Source: Pontiella sp. (GTDB taxonomy: Bacteria; Verrucomicrobiota; Kiritimatiellia; Kiritimatiellales; Pontiellaceae). From it: 64,000 nucleotides of DNA. Position numbers and translations under genes: made by a program. The notes under the pieces are model-generated. The model did no database searches and had not been told where the DNA came from. It worked only from the letters and a program-made list of their open reading frames with translations. Positions 61,105 through 64,000 of this stretch are shown here, piece by piece. The stretch lies in assembly GCA_050290185.1 (NCBI GenBank), contig JBNKHE010000006.1:96001-160000 (forward strand), given 5' to 3'. Numbering within the stretch: position 1 is the stretch's first letter; the number at the start of each line of letters is the position of its first letter.

Positions 61105-62747
61105 ATTTCCTTCGTAATCCAGGGCTTACCGCGCTTGAAGCTTTTGAATTGCATTTCATACAGTCTTCGAATCTCAGCTTTGGAGTCCGTCGAAGCATCC
61201 AATACTTTCTCCATGATTTTGGATGCCGCAGTAAAATCGCCACTTCTGGCATATGCACACGCCAACAGGCTCTGCGCTTCGTGGTCATTAGACTCACGAG
61301 TGCCAACCAAAAGCTGGGCATATTTCAGCGCTTGTTCTGCATCCCACAATGCAGAATCATTGGCACACGCATAACATTGTATTAATGATTTGCAGGCAGA
61401 GATGTTTCCGACATCGGCAGCGCGCTCCCACCACGTGATCGCTTCAGCCATATCCACATACCTATGCGAAAGGTTCCCGATCTCGTCTGCATAGTTTGAC
61501 AAGGGATTCAGCTTGTAGGCCTCATGGTAGATCTCCAACGCCAATAATCCTTTTTTAGGCAAATGACTTCCTGTCTCAAACTTCACAGCCTCATCAGCCA
61601 GCGCCTTGGCTGTTGCCTCCCTGCCAGACTTATCCTTATTCTCAAGGATTCTCAGGTATGCGCCCATATTGTTATCGAATTCTTTGACTTTTTCCTGAGC
61701 CTCCGAATGCCCTTTGTAGGCAGCAATCCGGAAAAGGAAATAGGCGGTGCGAAGGCTGCGTTTCTGATTGTTTATATTCGTAATTTGACAATCGCTACAG
61801 CCAGGACAATCCGGACTGCAGTACCTTTTTGTCACATCTGAAAAACCAGTCATGTACTTCTTCGCAAGCTCGAATGCGGATTCCGCAGAGTTTTGCAGTA
61901 AATAGTACCTTACCGTTAACTCTCCAGGCATCTGGTTCCACATGTCATGTCTTTCGTAATATTCACACAATGAATCCAAGCACTTATGGGCGGCCTCCAG
62001 ATTGTTTTCATCCAAATATAGATAGCTCATCTGGAGATATATATCCGGCTGCCCCGAATCAACCAGCCGTTGGCAGATTTTCATTCCGGTTTCCGGACTG
62101 TAATATGGATCCGTGCGCTCACAAAAACGACATAGCATCCGTTTCTCCGCCCATGCGGAAGCCCCGGTTTCAGCAGCCTTTTTCAGCCACTCATCGGTAA
62201 CCTCCGGAGGGTATGGCCTTCCTTGTTTATATTGATTAAGTACCCGTAATAGTTTCGCCTTGAACCCTTTTTCGCCGGCATAGAACTGTGCTTGCGCCCC
62301 CGTCTTGGTTGCTTTGCCAAACTCCATATTGCGCGCATAAGCTGCGGCAAGAAGGCTCAGCGCTTCCGCATCCTTCGACTTTTTCCGAACTACAGCACCA
62401 GCGTATTTGACCGCCTTTTCGCCATCGTGGAATTGTGGATTGGGACAGGAGGCATAGATGCGCGCAAGGCCCTCGCAGGCCTTGAGATTGTTTTGGGAAA
62501 CCGCCTGTTCATACCACTCAATGGCCTTGGCATAATCGACCTCGGTGCCCTCGCCGTTTTCCAGACAGTGCCCCGCACCGACCATCGCCGGCACATGCCC
62601 CTCTTCCGCCGCCTGCACAAACAAAGGAAATGCCTGCGCCGGATCGGACTCGAACAACACCGCTCCCTGCTTGAATAGCTCGGCGCCATTCCCGTATGCA
62701 ACACCTGACCATAGACAAAGCATCAGCCTTGCAATAAGCCTCTTCAT
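61101..62747 (-). CDS. Exported Sel1/TPR-repeat protein
   Basis: Signal peptide; AAEEGHVPAM..G..LENGEG..DYAKAIEWYEQA; WWERAADVGN. Confidence 0.82.
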   Translation of the reverse strand: MKRLIARLMLCLWSGVAYGNGAELFKQGAVLFESDPAQAFPLFVQAAEEGHVPAMVGAGHCLENGEGTEVDYAKAIEWYEQAVSQNNLKACEGLARIYASCPNPQFHDGEKAVKYAGAVVRKKSKDAEALSLLAAAYARNMEFGKATKTGAQAQFYAGEKGFKAKLLRVLNQYKQGRPYPPEVTDEWLKKAAETGASAWAEKRMLCRFCERTDPYYSPETGMKICQRLVDSGQPDIYLQMSYLYLDENNLEAAHKCLDSLCEYYERHDMWNQMPGELTVRYYLLQNSAESAFELAKKYMTGFSDVTKRYCSPDCPGCSDCQITNINNQKRSLRTAYFLFRIAAYKGHSEAQEKVKEFDNNMGAYLRILENKDKSGREATAKALADEAVKFETGSHLPKKGLLALEIYHEAYKLNPLSNYADEIGNLSHRYVDMAEAITWWERAADVGNISACKSLIQCYACANDSALWDAEQALKYAQLLVGTRESNDHEAQSLLACAYARSGDFTAASKIMEKVLDASTDSKAEIRRLYEMQFKSFKRGKPWITKEI

Positions 62748-62769
62748 GATTCCCCCTTGCGTGATCCTC

Positions 62770-63537
62770 CTACCCGGAAGCCTCTCCGTCCCAGTTGTAT
62801 TCCTCCAGCAGGTCCTCGGGGTCGGAGATGTCGCGGACGGAAGGCTCGTTGCCAACCGCCGGCCCGTACACCTTCAACCAGATTCCCAATAGCTCGTCCT
62901 CGCTCACCTTTTCGTACTCGTAGGCCACCACATCCTCCGCAGTTCGAGAAGGGTCCTCCACTTTCGTGCGGTTATACTTTACCGCAATGGTGAGGTCTGC
63001 GGTGGTAAAGGTGTAGTCTTCTCCCGCTTCGATGCGATCCACCGTTACGGTCCGGGTGTTCATTTTCTTGATGGACTCGCCGTCACTGGTGGTGACCATG
63101 ACAAAATAGCGGTATTCGAGCTTCAACCCTTCGACCGGTTTTTTCGCCTTGTTCTTCAGAGTTATGTCATAGCGCAGGATCTGTCCCTTGCTGTGTTTCT
63201 TGGCGTCTTCATTGTCGGTCAACCCGTTCTTGAAGCTTTCCACCTTGTCCTTGTCGAAGGAGACGCGCAGATGCTTGTCGGATAAAACCCGGTCGGCGGC
63301 AATCCATTGCTTGATATAGGCCTGGTCGTCTTCGGAAAACATCCCGGGTGACACCGAGAACCGCTGGCCATCCTCCCGCTCGATCTGGATCTGTCCCTTG
63401 ATAGCGTCGAATGAAATGATTTTCGCCGCAATGGCACGGCCTTTCGAATCCGTGAAGACGTGGATTCCACTTTCCGCCAACGTTGCCAACACAGAAGACA
63501 ACAGTACGGCAACCAATCCAATAATCCTGTATTTCAT
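62770..63537 (-). CDS. Exported hypothetical protein with SHD1-like N-terminal domain
   Basis: Signal peptide then FTDSKGRAIAAKI...IEREDG...FSEDDQAYI. Confidence 0.7.
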   Translation of the reverse strand: MKYRIIGLVAVLLSSVLATLAESGIHVFTDSKGRAIAAKIISFDAIKGQIQIEREDGQRFSVSPGMFSEDDQAYIKQWIAADRVLSDKHLRVSFDKDKVESFKNGLTDNEDAKKHSKGQILRYDITLKNKAKKPVEGLKLEYRYFVMVTTSDGESIKKMNTRTVTVDRIEAGEDYTFTTADLTIAVKYNRTKVEDPSRTAEDVVAYEYEKVSEDELLGIWLKVYGPAVGNEPSVRDISDPEDLLEEYNWDGEASG

Positions 63538-63627
63538 CAGTACCTCCGGCTAGTAGATCGAATCTTACAAGAAAGTGCGAATCCCAGGCAAGGTTTTGAA
63601 CCATGCGTTATAAAAGCATCCTCGCCC

Positions 63628-63792
63628 GCACGACGGGTTGGTCTCACACGGTCATCTACTCTGAGGGACGAGCCCTCAGGCTCAAACTCGAACGAGAGCA
63701 ACGGAGATAACAGGGGTTTATGCATTTCTCCGCTGGCTCTGCTAGCTCTGCGCGAAATACTCCTCCGGCCATGCACGACGGGTTGATCTCAC
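63628..63792. repeat. 20-bp direct repeat pair flanking palindromic elements
   Basis: gcacgacgggttggtctcac (63628-63647) and gcacgacgggttgatctcac (63773-63792). Confidence 0.75.
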
Positions 63793-64000
63793 GAGCAAGA
63801 GGACTCTGACCAAGGGCCTGGACTTTCCTGTGGGGGATTCCCCCACAAATCTTTCAAGGGCATCATCTTGCCGAACAGCCTTGTGCGCGGATAGTATGTT
63901 TCTGATATGCGGTCTTCACCAAACCGGCACGGTCGCATTGGAAAATTCAAGGGGAACCATGTCCGACTATAGGAGAAAAATGAATAAAACCACCGCGAAG

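Noticed and set aside
61788..61820. Radical SAM CxxxCxxC motif as a Nif11 maturase
   Set aside because: Lies within an exported helical-repeat protein with no radical SAM barrel motifs.
63628..63792. Possible mini-CRISPR
   Set aside because: Only two 20-bp repeats separated by 125 bp; no cas genes.

Overview
Chromosomal backbone of a moderately GC-rich bacterium. A PVC-superphylum organism such as Kiritimatiellota is inferred from gene content and protein motifs, not proven. Left: housekeeping genes (prfB, lnt, nrdR, a Lys/Ala-repeat histone-like gene, nusA-infB, cyclophilin, lemA plus M48 peptidase, der). Middle: signal-transduction blocks (output-less CHASE/PAS sensor, multi-PAS hybrid kinases, stand-alone receivers), envelope genes and a GH2 glycosidase. 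Right: a GT2/nucleotidyltransferase-like/AlkP-family operon, a complete sucrose cluster (pfkB-sps-sus with divergent HAD phosphatase and Na+/sugar symporter), bcp, an orphan Nif11-like peptide, ilvC/ilvY, PII and ptsP. The most striking system is a 1110-aa protein fusing 2-oxoacid dehydrogenase E1alpha, E1beta, a lipoyl domain and an intact FabH/KAS III, with no E2 acyltransferase domain; it may be a single-polypeptide, CoA-bypassing fatty-acid priming enzyme. Second is a ~210-nt structured non-coding element at 15266-15471 with two mutually exclusive pairings of the anti-Shine-Dalgarno sequence of a DUF1971-like gene. No rRNA, tRNA, CRISPR array or intact transposase was recognised. All family assignments come from motif recognition by eye; no searches were run.
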